DNA of 64,000 nt. It comes from Podospora anserina (lineage: Eukaryota). This document shows positions 40,707 through 51,200 of this stretch, in pieces. The stretch is taken from assembly GCA_017654855.1 (NCBI GenBank), contig CM030333.1, positions 1,240,001-1,304,000 on the forward strand, written 5' to 3'. Position numbers and translations under genes: made by a program. The notes under the pieces are model-generated. The model did no database searches. It was given only the letters and a program-made list of their open reading frames with translations, and had not been told where the DNA came from. Within the stretch, counting starts at the first letter, position 1. Every line of letters starts with the position of its first letter.

Positions 40707-41279
40707 TTACTCGCCCGTCACGTCAAGATTTCTTTTTTGGTGAAGGTCTTGGTTTCAGGGGTTCAGGGGTAAGGCAGATTGAGGGCGTTGAGTTGATGAT
40801 TTTGGTGATGTCACCATTTTCGCTCGACTGATGACAGTGTGAGATTTGTATTCGCTCGCACGGAGTTTCTTTATATTAATACGATAGCACAGTGTCAGTA
40901 TTTCAATTGCACGGTCGTATTCCTCTTTGTTTTGCTGCTGAGTCGCTTGATTCGTCGCATCCCATCTGAACTTCACTCCAGCACGGGAGCTGCTGCTCCC
41001 GTCTCCATGCACGTCATTGAAGCGACAGGGAACCCTCGGCGATACAGCCGCAGCGGGCATGGAGCTTGTTGCTTCATCGCCATTTACTATATTCACCATA
41101 AGTTTTTGAGCTACCATTCGCGACTTTGGAATTACTCTACCACTTTCATCCGAACCATAGCTCTCATGTCCCATTGTTGGATATATCCATTTTGAAGCTC
41201 CTTCTTACAGTACTATCTGGGTATCCTCCGCAGTACACGATGATCACTCATATTTCTCACAACTGCGCGATACCAAAAA

Positions 41280-43136
41280 ATGCCAGCAGACCTTGATTTT
41301 CCCGTTATTTTCCTCCTACCTAGTCATCTAGGATCCGAAGAGCTTCAAGAACTCGTAGAGCAAATACCTACTCTGACTTACGACATCAACGAGGCAGAGG
41401 TCATTCTCGGAAAGATTTCTCGCAAAGAGCGCGCGCTGTTTGAGCTGAGAAAGCGCAAGCTTGCCACTGAAGAAGTCGAAAAAGATGAACGCACACCTCC
41501 AGCCTCACCTCCTCGGAAGCGAATCCGACTGTCTGCGACTCCGGCCCTTGGGAGTTCAGATCTCGACTCTGACACCTGCTCAGAAGGGGAGATCCAACGC
41601 CGTCTTGTAGGACCAGTTTCCGTTCCCAAAGTCGAACCAACCGTCAAAGTTGCCAAGTTATCTTGGTTCACCGACTCCCTTTCCGCCGGCGAGGTCCTCC
41701 CTCTAGACGACAAATATGCCATCTACCGCGGCCGCAAAGCCATGCAGCCACCCCCTGCTCCAGCTTCAGTCCAAACCACACCTACCAAATCCACCTCCAA
41801 CATCTTGACGCGAGCGCATGAAGACTCCCACCCGCGTACACCTCCTTCCTCTCAAAAGCGATACTCCTCCCAGGGTTCCTCCCAAAAACCAGGCTCAACC
41901 TACGCCTCCCACCCAGTCACCAAAACCCCCAAACGCCCTGCCTTACTAAGGCAGACAACCTCTGAACACGACCTAGACACCCACCTCCCCCCCATCCCCC
42001 CTTGCCTGCACACAACCTACTCGTGTCAACGCTCCACCCCAGCCAACCCCCCAAACCAAGAATTCATCTCCCTCCTCCTCCAAATCCGCCTCGCGCGCAC
42101 CCTGACTGGGGATAAAATCGGCGTCCGCGCCTACAGCTCTGCCATAGCAACAGTAGCAGCCTACCCCTTTCCCTTCCAGACCCAAAACGAAGTCGCCCGG
42201 CTCCCCGGCTGCGGCCAAAAGATCGCGTTGCTATACCAAGAGTACAAAACCAGCGGGACACTCAAAGAAGCGGAGGAGTACAAGTCCGACCCCAAGCTTC
42301 AGGTTCTAAAGTTGTTTTATGATATCTGGGGCGTGGCAGAGACGACAGCAAGGGAGTTTTACAACAAGGGGTGGAGGGACATTGACGATGTGGTCGAGTA
42401 TGGGTGGGATGGGTTGACAAGGGTGCAGCAGATTGGCGTGAAGTATTATGACGAGTTCTTGCTCAAGATACCGAGGAGAGAGGTGGAGGAGATCGGGGGG
42501 GTTATACTGAAGGAGGCGAATAAGATTGAGGAGGGGTTTGGGATGGTTATTGTTGGGGGGTACAGGAGGGGGAAGAAGGAGTCGGGGGATGTGGATGTTG
42601 TGCTTTCGCATCGGGATGAGGAGGCCACGAGGGGGTTTGTGGAGAGGATTGTTGTTGGGTTGGAGAGGAGGGGGTATATCACTCATACGCTGCTGCTTAG
42701 CACGGCAAATACGGAACGGGGACAGGAACCGGTTGCTTGGAAGGGGGACTCGAGGGTGGCGGGGAGCGGGTTTGATACTTTGGATAAGGCGCTGGTTGTG
42801 TGGCAGGATCCAAATTATGAGGGGGAGGGGAGGAATACCAATCCGCATAGGAGGGTGGATATCATTATTAGTCCTTGGAAAACGGCTGGGTGTGCGGTTT
42901 TGGGGTGGACGTCGGGGACGACGTTTCAGAGGGATTTGAGGAGGTATTGTAAGAAGGAGAAGGGGTTGAAGTTTGATAGCTCTGGGGTGAGGAGCAGGAA
43001 GGATGGGGCGTGGGTTGATCTGGAGAGTGATCCTGTTACGGGGGAGCCGGCGCCGGATATGTTGACGGCGGAGAGGAGGGTGTTTAACGGGGTTGGGCTG
43101 GAGTGGAGGGAGCCGGAGGAGAGGTGCACGAATTGA
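41280..43136 (+). CDS. DNA polymerase X family, Pol mu/TdT-like, with N-terminal BRCT-like region
   Basis: HhH LPGCGQKIA and IWGVAETTA, GGYRRGKKESGDVDVV (two catalytic Asp), RRVDII (third Asp). It has GWT rather than the YFT of Pol beta/lambda. Confidence 0.93.
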   Translation: MPADLDFPVIFLLPSHLGSEELQELVEQIPTLTYDINEAEVILGKISRKERALFELRKRKLATEEVEKDERTPPASPPRKRIRLSATPALGSSDLDSDTCSEGEIQRRLVGPVSVPKVEPTVKVAKLSWFTDSLSAGEVLPLDDKYAIYRGRKAMQPPPAPASVQTTPTKSTSNILTRAHEDSHPRTPPSSQKRYSSQGSSQKPGSTYASHPVTKTPKRPALLRQTTSEHDLDTHLPPIPPCLHTTYSCQRSTPANPPNQEFISLLLQIRLARTLTGDKIGVRAYSSAIATVAAYPFPFQTQNEVARLPGCGQKIALLYQEYKTSGTLKEAEEYKSDPKLQVLKLFYDIWGVAETTAREFYNKGWRDIDDVVEYGWDGLTRVQQIGVKYYDEFLLKIPRREVEEIGGVILKEANKIEEGFGMVIVGGYRRGKKESGDVDVVLSHRDEEATRGFVERIVVGLERRGYITHTLLLSTANTERGQEPVAWKGDSRVAGSGFDTLDKALVVWQDPNYEGEGRNTNPHRRVDIIISPWKTAGCAVLGWTSGTTFQRDLRRYCKKEKGLKFDSSGVRSRKDGAWVDLESDPVTGEPAPDMLTAERRVFNGVGLEWREPEERCTN

Positions 43137-43964
43137 TGATGACAGTACTGTCTAAAGAATACCGGTGGTCTGGTTAGAGTTGAATTGCGTGATTGTACTA
43201 ATCGTGACTGTAAGCTCTCTGGTTGGGTGGTGCGGACTTATACACACACAGCCAAGTGCCGGTGGCAACTGTACATGATCTTCAGCAGTTGGCGGGCGGG
43301 GGCGGTTACACCCGCTGCAGCCCGGCTTTAAATTTCAATTCGGCCGCGGGTAGTCACCAACCGCGAACTCCTTTCCATCAATTCCTCCACTACCATATCA
43401 CCTCGGAAACTTTTTACAAAGGGAATGGGAACAATTGCACCGGCCAAGGCGCTGAGACACGGAAGTCGGGCGAAAGCAACCTCCGTGCACGGTGCAATTG
43501 ATTGACGCTAAGACCACCAATTAGCCAGAAAGGGGATTTTGAATGTGGGGTAGTAGAGGACAGGCAATGGGTGATGCGTTGATGATGTTTACGTAGCATC
43601 TTGAGGAGAGGGGACGGATGGGGGACCGCGTGTCTGTGTTACCTGCGTAGGTAAAGGCTTATAAATCCGGGGGGAATGTTTGACTGTTGTATGTAGCATT
43701 GAAAAGAACAAGGCAAATCGAACGGTTTTGACGGTTTGTTGCTCTTTGGAAGCAAGGAGAAGTTTCTTTGGGTACAGTGTAGGTAGGGGTACTATCGGCA
43801 GTGTTTATATACCCATCCCGCTAGCCCTTTCGATCTTCAGGTCGCTCGCTGGCTGTCCACCTCTAATCTCAATCTCAAAACCTCACCTCATTCTACAACA
43901 ACCTCGACTTCACCTCTCACCCACCTCGCTTTCCACCACACTCACCAATACAACACAGTCAAAA

Positions 43965-44469
43965 ATGGCCCCCATCACCCTCACCCTCCCCTCCGACTAC
44001 GGCTACGTCCTCCTCGCCGCCTCCTCCACCTTCTTCATCAACACCCTCCATGCCGTCCTCACCTCCAAAGCCCGCAAGGCCTCGGGCATCAAGTACCCCG
44101 TCTCCTACGCCTCCAACGACCTCGCCGAAAAGGACCGCAAGGCCTACCTCTTCAACTGCGCCCAGCGCGCCCACAACAACTTCACCGAGAACCTCACCCC
44201 CTTCCTCGGCTCCCTCCTCATCTCTGGGCTCCAGTACCCCAAGTTTGCCGGCGCCCTCGGCGGCCTCTGGGCTTTTGCCAGGGTGTTGTTTGCCTTGGGG
44301 TATACCAGTAAAGGACCAGAGGGGAGGATGATGTAAGTTTTATTTTCTCTAAGATGTGATGGGTGCTGACAGTATTAATAACAGTGGTTCTCTCATCGGC
44401 TCCCTCACCGACTTTGTCCTCAAGTTCACTGCTGCTTATACTGCCGTTGGCTTTGCCCTTCAGTGGTGA
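43965..44469 (+). CDS. MAPEG family microsomal glutathione S-transferase 3-like; intron 44333-44384
   Basis: YGYVLL, ARKASGIKYP, FNCAQRAHNNFTEN, and RVLFALGY..GPEGR are MGST3-type motifs. Confidence 0.93.
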
Positions 44470-44962
44470 CTTTGGGAAATGTGGGGGTTGCCGTTGATTC
44501 ATTGGGAGAGGTCTTGGTGATCGATTGAGTCCGGCAGTGAAATGTGTTATAAGCTCTTGTTTTTTGTGATGAGCTTGATAGGGAATGGTAATTATTTGTG
44601 GAGAAAACTAGATGGCCGATTTCTGACGACTGTTTGGCTCCAAGGCACAGGTGATATGACACATTCAACAACAGCTGGCATAATGAGATGTACTAAAATA
44701 GCCAGGAGAATGTCCTATGATGTCTTTGAGTACACACACAAGTATTGTTACAGAATGTACTAGTTACACGCCCATATATACCCCTCCCATCGTTCCCTTG
44801 TCCCTTGAAATTCCTGGGGTATGTATGCCATGCATAAATTTTTTACACCACCGACGCCGCCCACATACCCTTTCCCCGTCCCTTTCTTGTTTTTCTTTGG
44901 GAGATCATATCTATTGAACAACAGCCCACCTGTCTAGACGCCCACCCCCCCTCTATTTTTCT

Positions 44963-47900
44963 CTACCTCCAAGTCTTCTTCCTTCCCTTCGGGGGCCCGC
45001 GAGGGGGGCCCCGAGGGATTCCCAGCGGAGTAGCCTTCCCCAGCGGAGTGGCCTTCTTCCCCTTCGCAAAATGCGCCGCCCTATACCTCTCCAACCAAGC
45101 CATCTTGTCTGTGCTCTTGCTCCACTCCTTCAACTCATCATCCGTGGGAAACCAAGTCTTATACGGCACCATGTTCCCCTGGGCAATATTAGGAAACACC
45201 GAATTGTACGTATACGGCGTCTCATGCCCATACACAAACACCGGCCTCTCCTTTGCAATCCTATCCTCCATCTTTCTATAAAACCGCCCAGCGCCCGTCT
45301 TCTTGGGCAGCTGCCCGCCAAACATCCTATACCACTCCTTCTTGCGGTTCTCGGGTCCCATGAGGTACTTCTTCCGGCGAGCGCGGGCCCTCTTGTAGAG
45401 GTTCATCGCCCGGTCATCCGTCATCTCCTCAATCGTGTACTCGACCGTCCACTTTGTGTTCTTGACCGTGACGGTAGGCCGGTCAACGTACTTGCCGTCA
45501 ATCTTGTTCTTGGTCGTGAGGATGAGGCCGTAGATGGGCTCGGTGAACTCGCTGTCGATGGGGGGGTCTATCTCCTCTTCGGAGAGGGCGGCAAGCTCCT
45601 CGACTAGCTCTTCGGACGGCTCGTCAGTGGCGGCGGTTCTGGTGGTCGCCTCGGCCTGGTCTTCTTCTGAGGCCTCGGCTTCGTCGATGCTGCGGAAGTT
45701 GCGCGTCTTGACGAGCAATTCAGACATGATGTTTTCGAACTGGGCGAGCTTGGCGGCGTCTTCGTCTTCTTCGCCTGTGACCTCGCCCTCTTCTATTGGG
45801 GAGGGTGTCTCGCCTGACTCTTCTTGCAACCGGGAGGCCAGCCTGAGGATGAGATCCTTCAGATTGAGCTTCTCCGGAGAGGTTTGGCTTTCGATCTCTT
45901 GACCCTCCTCGGCGGATTCAACCTCTGTCGAGACCTCCACGGCTTCGTTCTCCACGACGGCAGGTTCCGCGGGGGCTGTTTCCTCCGCCGCCTCAGACTC
46001 TTCCACAACGTCGGGTTCGGTATCCTCACCCTCTTCAGCCAGCTCCGACTCAGGCGCTTCGTTGTTGGCCTCGCTTGTGAGCACCTCAAACAAAGCCTGG
46101 ACATAATGCTCAGCCTCCTCTTGAGTGGTGTTCTTCAAAAGGCCGCTCTGCTGCAGGGCGTCCTGGATGGATTCCCGAATGGAAGTGGCGCCGTGCTCTT
46201 CGTTCTCAAGCGAGTGCTCAACCTTGAGCATGACATCATCCCAGACATCCTCACGGGTGTCGTCGTCTTCCTCAGTCCGCTCAGCAGCTGATTCCACTTC
46301 CCCTTCATCTTCCTCCGGCCGGGTATCGTCAACCAAGCCCTCGTCGTTCTCTTGATCCTCAACCTCCTCTTGACCCTCAACCTGCTCTTCGGCTTCATGG
46401 TCCAGACCCCTGAGAACCCGTTCGAATTTTTGAATGCGCTCCTGGGCAGACTTCTGAATTTCATCAATCCGTTCCTGCGTAACCGGGCGAGCAAAAATAC
46501 ACATATAAGGAGGCGTGGTCGCGTGCTTGACTGTCTCGAAGTGAATACGCAACGTTTGCCCCGGGAACTTTGCAGTCACCTTGTCGAGGACCTGGTTGAG
46601 CAGATGGACGCTCAGCTTGAACTCTTGGTCTCCGATGGTGGTGTCCGCTGCCTCGTGAAGAGAGACATCCATTTCCTGAAGAGGGATATACTGGAAGCCA
46701 AAGATGCGCTCAGTGTTGTGATAGGCCACAAAAATACCGTCCATACGGCCCATGCGCACCTGGAGAGAGTATTTCAAGAAGGCTGATCGGATCATGTCAA
46801 AGTATTCACGTTCATACGACTCCCAGGTCCCAAACCGGCCGCGAATCTCGTAGCCTTGGCCCTTTTCGTATCCTTCTGGATCCATGCGGATCGTGACAAC
46901 GGCTCTGGTCTTGAGATCAAACATGCCCGTCCCGGGAAGTCGCGGATCGAAAGCGTCGAGCTGTGACCGCATCATGAAATCACCCATCGTTGTGTAATGG
47001 TAAGATTCTGGGCCATTCTTCTCCTCGTCGGTGAGCTGATCAGACTTTGACTTGCGGTACTTTTCAAACTCCTCCTTGGGCATGGTCAAGAACTTTTCCA
47101 TCGACTTCCCCAGCATGGCCAAAATATTGCCCGAGTCAAACTCCTTGTCAGCATCAATAGCATATGTTCCGTCCTTGTGGTGCAGGAAAATAGCCGCTGG
47201 GCTTCTCAAGATTCTGTTGAAGTCCTCGCTGCTTTGCTCCGGGTCGAACTGCTTGGACAACATGGCTGTATTGATCGGACGCCAGGAAGACAGAAGGAAA
47301 TGGAAATGTGCAAGTGTCGCCGTCATACTCGAAGTCGATCCAGAGTACTTCTTCTTCTTCTTGGCTGCCACACCAATAAGTGTCTTGTCCCTGGACGATG
47401 TGATGTACTCCTTGAGCGCACCGAAGTCGAACTCGTGGGTGGGCATGATTTGAGACAGATAGGGGTCATGGTTGTAGACTTTGGATCGGGGGTCCTGAAG
47501 ATAGGAGACTCCGGGGTTAAACAGTACGCGATCGAGGCCGTATGCTAGTGTAGGTACCGGAGGTTGGCGCAGTTCAATGGGCTTGAGCCTGAGATATCTC
47601 GGGTCGATTTCTTTGATATCCAAATCCGGCTTCGCTTCGTCCTCCTCCTTCTTGGCCTTTTTCTTCTTGGGCTTGTCTCCTCGATCCTCTCCTGCTTCCT
47701 CCCCTGCGGCCGCTGCGGCCGAGTCCGCGGTCTTCTTCTTTTTGGCAGCCGCCGGTTTGCTCTTCTTGCCGAGATGTTTTGTTTTGGAACCCTTTCGTTT
47801 TTTGAGAACACCCTCCTTCAAAACCTTTTTCATGGCATCTCTGAGCATATCCTGATCACCTTCGGTTCCGGCGGCATCGGTCGATGTCGAGAGGTCTGTC

Positions 47901-48214
47901 GCATCCTTCTCCTTGGCGGATTTGGGCTTGTTCTTTGGTTTCCGTTTCTTTGAGGTTTCCTCGGGGTTTTCGTTATTCTCGGCTGGCGGATCGGATGATG
48001 GAGGAGTAGCATCTTCAGTAGTGGTTGCTGGCGCCGATGGTGGTGGTGGTGGTGGTGTTGTCGAATCAGTATACCATCGAGTTGCACCAAGATGGTTGAT
48101 GGCTACTGGCAAATACCTCCGGGGCGCAGGGCTCTGGGCAAGGAGGGTTCGACATGCTGAGCATACAAATGGTAATTTGAGTGTCTGTCGAGCCTGTCTC
48201 GCCAAATGCAACAT
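44963..48214 (-). CDS. PET127: Mitochondrial RNA-processing 5'-3' exoribonuclease Pet127
   Basis: Mitochondrial presequence-like N-terminus, GLDRVLFNPGV..LQDPRS, YSGSTSSMT..L.HFHFLLS.WR, MRSQLDAFDPRLPGTGMFDLKTRAV, LKYSLQVRMGRMDGIFVAYHN. Confidence 0.93.
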   Translation of the reverse strand: MLHLARQARQTLKLPFVCSACRTLLAQSPAPRRYLPVAINHLGATRWYTDSTTPPPPPPSAPATTTEDATPPSSDPPAENNENPEETSKKRKPKNKPKSAKEKDATDLSTSTDAAGTEGDQDMLRDAMKKVLKEGVLKKRKGSKTKHLGKKSKPAAAKKKKTADSAAAAAGEEAGEDRGDKPKKKKAKKEEDEAKPDLDIKEIDPRYLRLKPIELRQPPVPTLAYGLDRVLFNPGVSYLQDPRSKVYNHDPYLSQIMPTHEFDFGALKEYITSSRDKTLIGVAAKKKKKYSGSTSSMTATLAHFHFLLSSWRPINTAMLSKQFDPEQSSEDFNRILRSPAAIFLHHKDGTYAIDADKEFDSGNILAMLGKSMEKFLTMPKEEFEKYRKSKSDQLTDEEKNGPESYHYTTMGDFMMRSQLDAFDPRLPGTGMFDLKTRAVVTIRMDPEGYEKGQGYEIRGRFGTWESYEREYFDMIRSAFLKYSLQVRMGRMDGIFVAYHNTERIFGFQYIPLQEMDVSLHEAADTTIGDQEFKLSVHLLNQVLDKVTAKFPGQTLRIHFETVKHATTPPYMCIFARPVTQERIDEIQKSAQERIQKFERVLRGLDHEAEEQVEGQEEVEDQENDEGLVDDTRPEEDEGEVESAAERTEEDDDTREDVWDDVMLKVEHSLENEEHGATSIRESIQDALQQSGLLKNTTQEEAEHYVQALFEVLTSEANNEAPESELAEEGEDTEPDVVEESEAAEETAPAEPAVVENEAVEVSTEVESAEEGQEIESQTSPEKLNLKDLILRLASRLQEESGETPSPIEEGEVTGEEDEDAAKLAQFENIMSELLVKTRNFRSIDEAEASEEDQAEATTRTAATDEPSEELVEELAALSEEEIDPPIDSEFTEPIYGLILTTKNKIDGKYVDRPTVTVKNTKWTVEYTIEEMTDDRAMNLYKRARARRKKYLMGPENRKKEWYRMFGGQLPKKTGAGRFYRKMEDRIAKERPVFVYGHETPYTYNSVFPNIAQGNMVPYKTWFPTDDELKEWSKSTDKMAWLERYRAAHFAKGKKATPLGKATPLGIPRGPPRGPPKGRKKTWR

Positions 48215-51200
48215 TGTGGCTGCCCTGTTCGTCCGTGGAGGATGCCGTAGAAGCCGTTTGAATGTCTGTATCAGTGCATATCTTTTGCGCGCCGTTGTTC
48301 AATTTTTTTGCCCTTGTCCAACCGTGCCAAGCCGCTAACGACCCCTGCTCTGCTGCCATTCCAGCGCCAAGGCTTCAATGACGTCGATCTCTTCGAGAAG
48401 CATCAATGTTCTAGGTAATATCCATTTCTGGTTTTTCAAAGTCGGTAAACTCTCAAGGGGGATGCTCGTGTAGAATTCAGCCCTTTATGATCTGTATCTT
48501 GGGGTTTTCCTTACCTCTAAACAGTTTCCTACCTTCCCTAACCTTCCATGCCATGTCATGGTCAAATTGACTGGCATTGCAAAGCAAGTCAACAAAAGAG
48601 CGCACCCTAAACCACGCATTTATAGGCTCTCCAGGATAGCTGGCAGCCTGTTCTCTCTCTTATGTTGCGAGTAAGTCGTGGGCCGTACATCTTCGCTAAC
48701 TTGCAGTGCCCGTTATCTTGATCACCTCAACAGGATAGAAGGAGGCCACGCATCCAGTACCAAAACACACAAACACCAACAATATCATCACGCACCTTCT
48801 CCCAAGTGTCATCACCTGCTTCTGTACTTGAATACACGTGTACTGCTTTCTTACTCGGTCAGACAACCCATCTAAGGCAGGTACACCAAAATCACGACAT
48901 GGTCAGCACACATGAGACAATGTCCAAAAAGCCTTGCCTGTCCAGAAATCTAACCCCCACGCTCACCTCGCTTCATGGGCGTTACACAGCCTCTCTCCTA
49001 TCTCTGTCCCTGTGTCGCTTTGCCGTTATGTGCCACGCAAAACAATATCGACGACGATGGGGAGCCTTGCTTCAGCTGGGGTCTCACAGCGGAAACAAAA
49101 GACGACATCAACATCAACAAACAAACCAAAAATCACTCACATCTTCGGCCCGTTTCACATTCGTGCTTTGTGGTGATAGTGATGTTAGCTATACCCAATA
49201 CAAAGTCGCCCAGCAGTGGGTGTCCTCGGATCTTGCACCGTAAATACCCCAGAGTAAAAGTATGTCAGCAATGCATCAGCCACTCATACTGTTGTACCTG
49301 CTCAGCCAGCCATCATGTCGAACGGGAGCTGGGCGTGGGTAAGAATATCCTGTCCATTTCCAAGCGCCTGTGTAGGCCTCAGCATACCTACGTAGCCCGA
49401 GCATCGATATCTCAAAACCATCAGATCAAGTACCCAAACATCGGATTGCCCGAGACCTGTCTTGCTCAACTGCATTCCACACAAGACTTTACACGCTCAA
49501 CTGTAGACCGCCCATCCTCGCACTCAGCATCCCTGAGTCCAACCGCTAGAAACATTGGAAGTCGATCCGATTGGACCAAGCGCCGCTGTATTGCCTCGAG
49601 CTTTCGGGAAGATATCCCCTTCCTGACAAACCAGATGTATGCAGTTGACCAGAAGAGATAAACAAATTCCCAGCTCCGGCCACAAAACATGGAAGCCTAG
49701 CAAGAAACAAGCTTCTCTCCCGCTCCCCCCTTACCGCAGGCCGCGGGTGAGGCCGCGCGGGCAATTTCTGGTGTTTTGGGAAGGAGTATCTACCGGTATT
49801 GGTTGTGGACTAGGGGAGAAGCCACAGCCGCAGTCTTGCGCTATCTTTGGGAGGCACGCACCAGTGACACCACAAGGCCAAGAGCAGGGATGGCTTCATG
49901 AGGATGGGGGTTGTGAATGGAAGATGCCGATTGCCGGGGTGGATGGTGGTGATCGAGGAGGAGGTTACCTAGCCATCATCTTGGCCCTAAATATCCCCAA
50001 AACATGACTAGTGATGTTGGTTGCCGACAATATGTTCTCACACTAGGTATGCGCAGCGTATACAACAGACCGCACTGCAAGAACCTCACACCACCTCCTG
50101 GGCCCTCTCAAACGACGTGGTTTCACAACCTGAAGGTCACCTACCCTGCTCAACAGCTTTCTGCAAGTCATACTTCGCATATAGCTATCTACGACAACGT
50201 CTCTTGCGTGGGTTTGGTTATCTCTTTGTTTCAGATCCTGACTCACCTCACACCCGTTGATATCAACATCATTCATATTCCGACTCCCAAAACAGCAGTT
50301 CACTTATGCTTGTTTCTTTTTCACACATGCACTCCCGCCACCTAACCCTCCCCCCCTTACACAACCCTACCTGCCAAATCCACAACCATCTTCCCACAGC
50401 AACCCCCAACCCTTGAGGCCTCACCTTTTGTTTTTACCTTGCCAGCAAAGGTGGCATTTCTTCTTCTCCCGATGATGGATATCGACCAACCTCACACCTG
50501 CCCTATGTATTCTACAAAGGTAGCCAAGGGCCTGGACTTTTTTGCCTTCAAAAACCCCCACCCAAGGAAGCCCACCGCCATGTAGCGGAAGATGGCAAGG
50601 CAATTTGTAAAAACCACATGACACACATCACCTGCTTCCCGCGGGGGTGATCGCAAAAAAATATGGCGTGGCGGGCAAAGGAGAATAAGGCGGGAAGCTG
50701 ACTTACGGGTAACCGGGGGTTTTTGCATCCGACCAGCCCTTTTTTTGCCCTACGAATTTATCTAGGAAAGGAAAAAAGATGTTCTTGATCAAGAAGGTGT
50801 GCAAAAGCGGTATATAGGTATGTATGACTTGCATTATTCGAGTCACCACACCACACCTTGTTTCGGAGCATTGATTGCCCTTCTTGCTGTTGTGTGTTGT
50901 ATGTTGCAACCACTCCTCTCCCACCTCTTGATTGTAACGTCCCCTTCTTTTCCACCGTGCTATCCAGTCCCCTCATACAGTACGGGAACACATCCCCCCA
51001 TCAATATCTCCCCTCCCAATCTTACATACCTATCTCTCAAACCCTTGATAATCACAAGCCAAACCGAACCCCTTCTTTCAAAACCCACCATACCCCCCTC
51101 ATGATCATTCACATTTTTTTTCTTCCATGCTGCCAACCCCATTTCGTCTGAAAATCGATCGGACCGTTGACAAAGATCTCCACCTTCATCCCGGCCAGCC

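Noticed and set aside
43680..43964. TTG-initiated extension of the MAPEG ORF
   Set aside because: It spans promoter and 5' UTR sequence (TTTATATA near 43804). The true start is AAAATGGCC at 43965.
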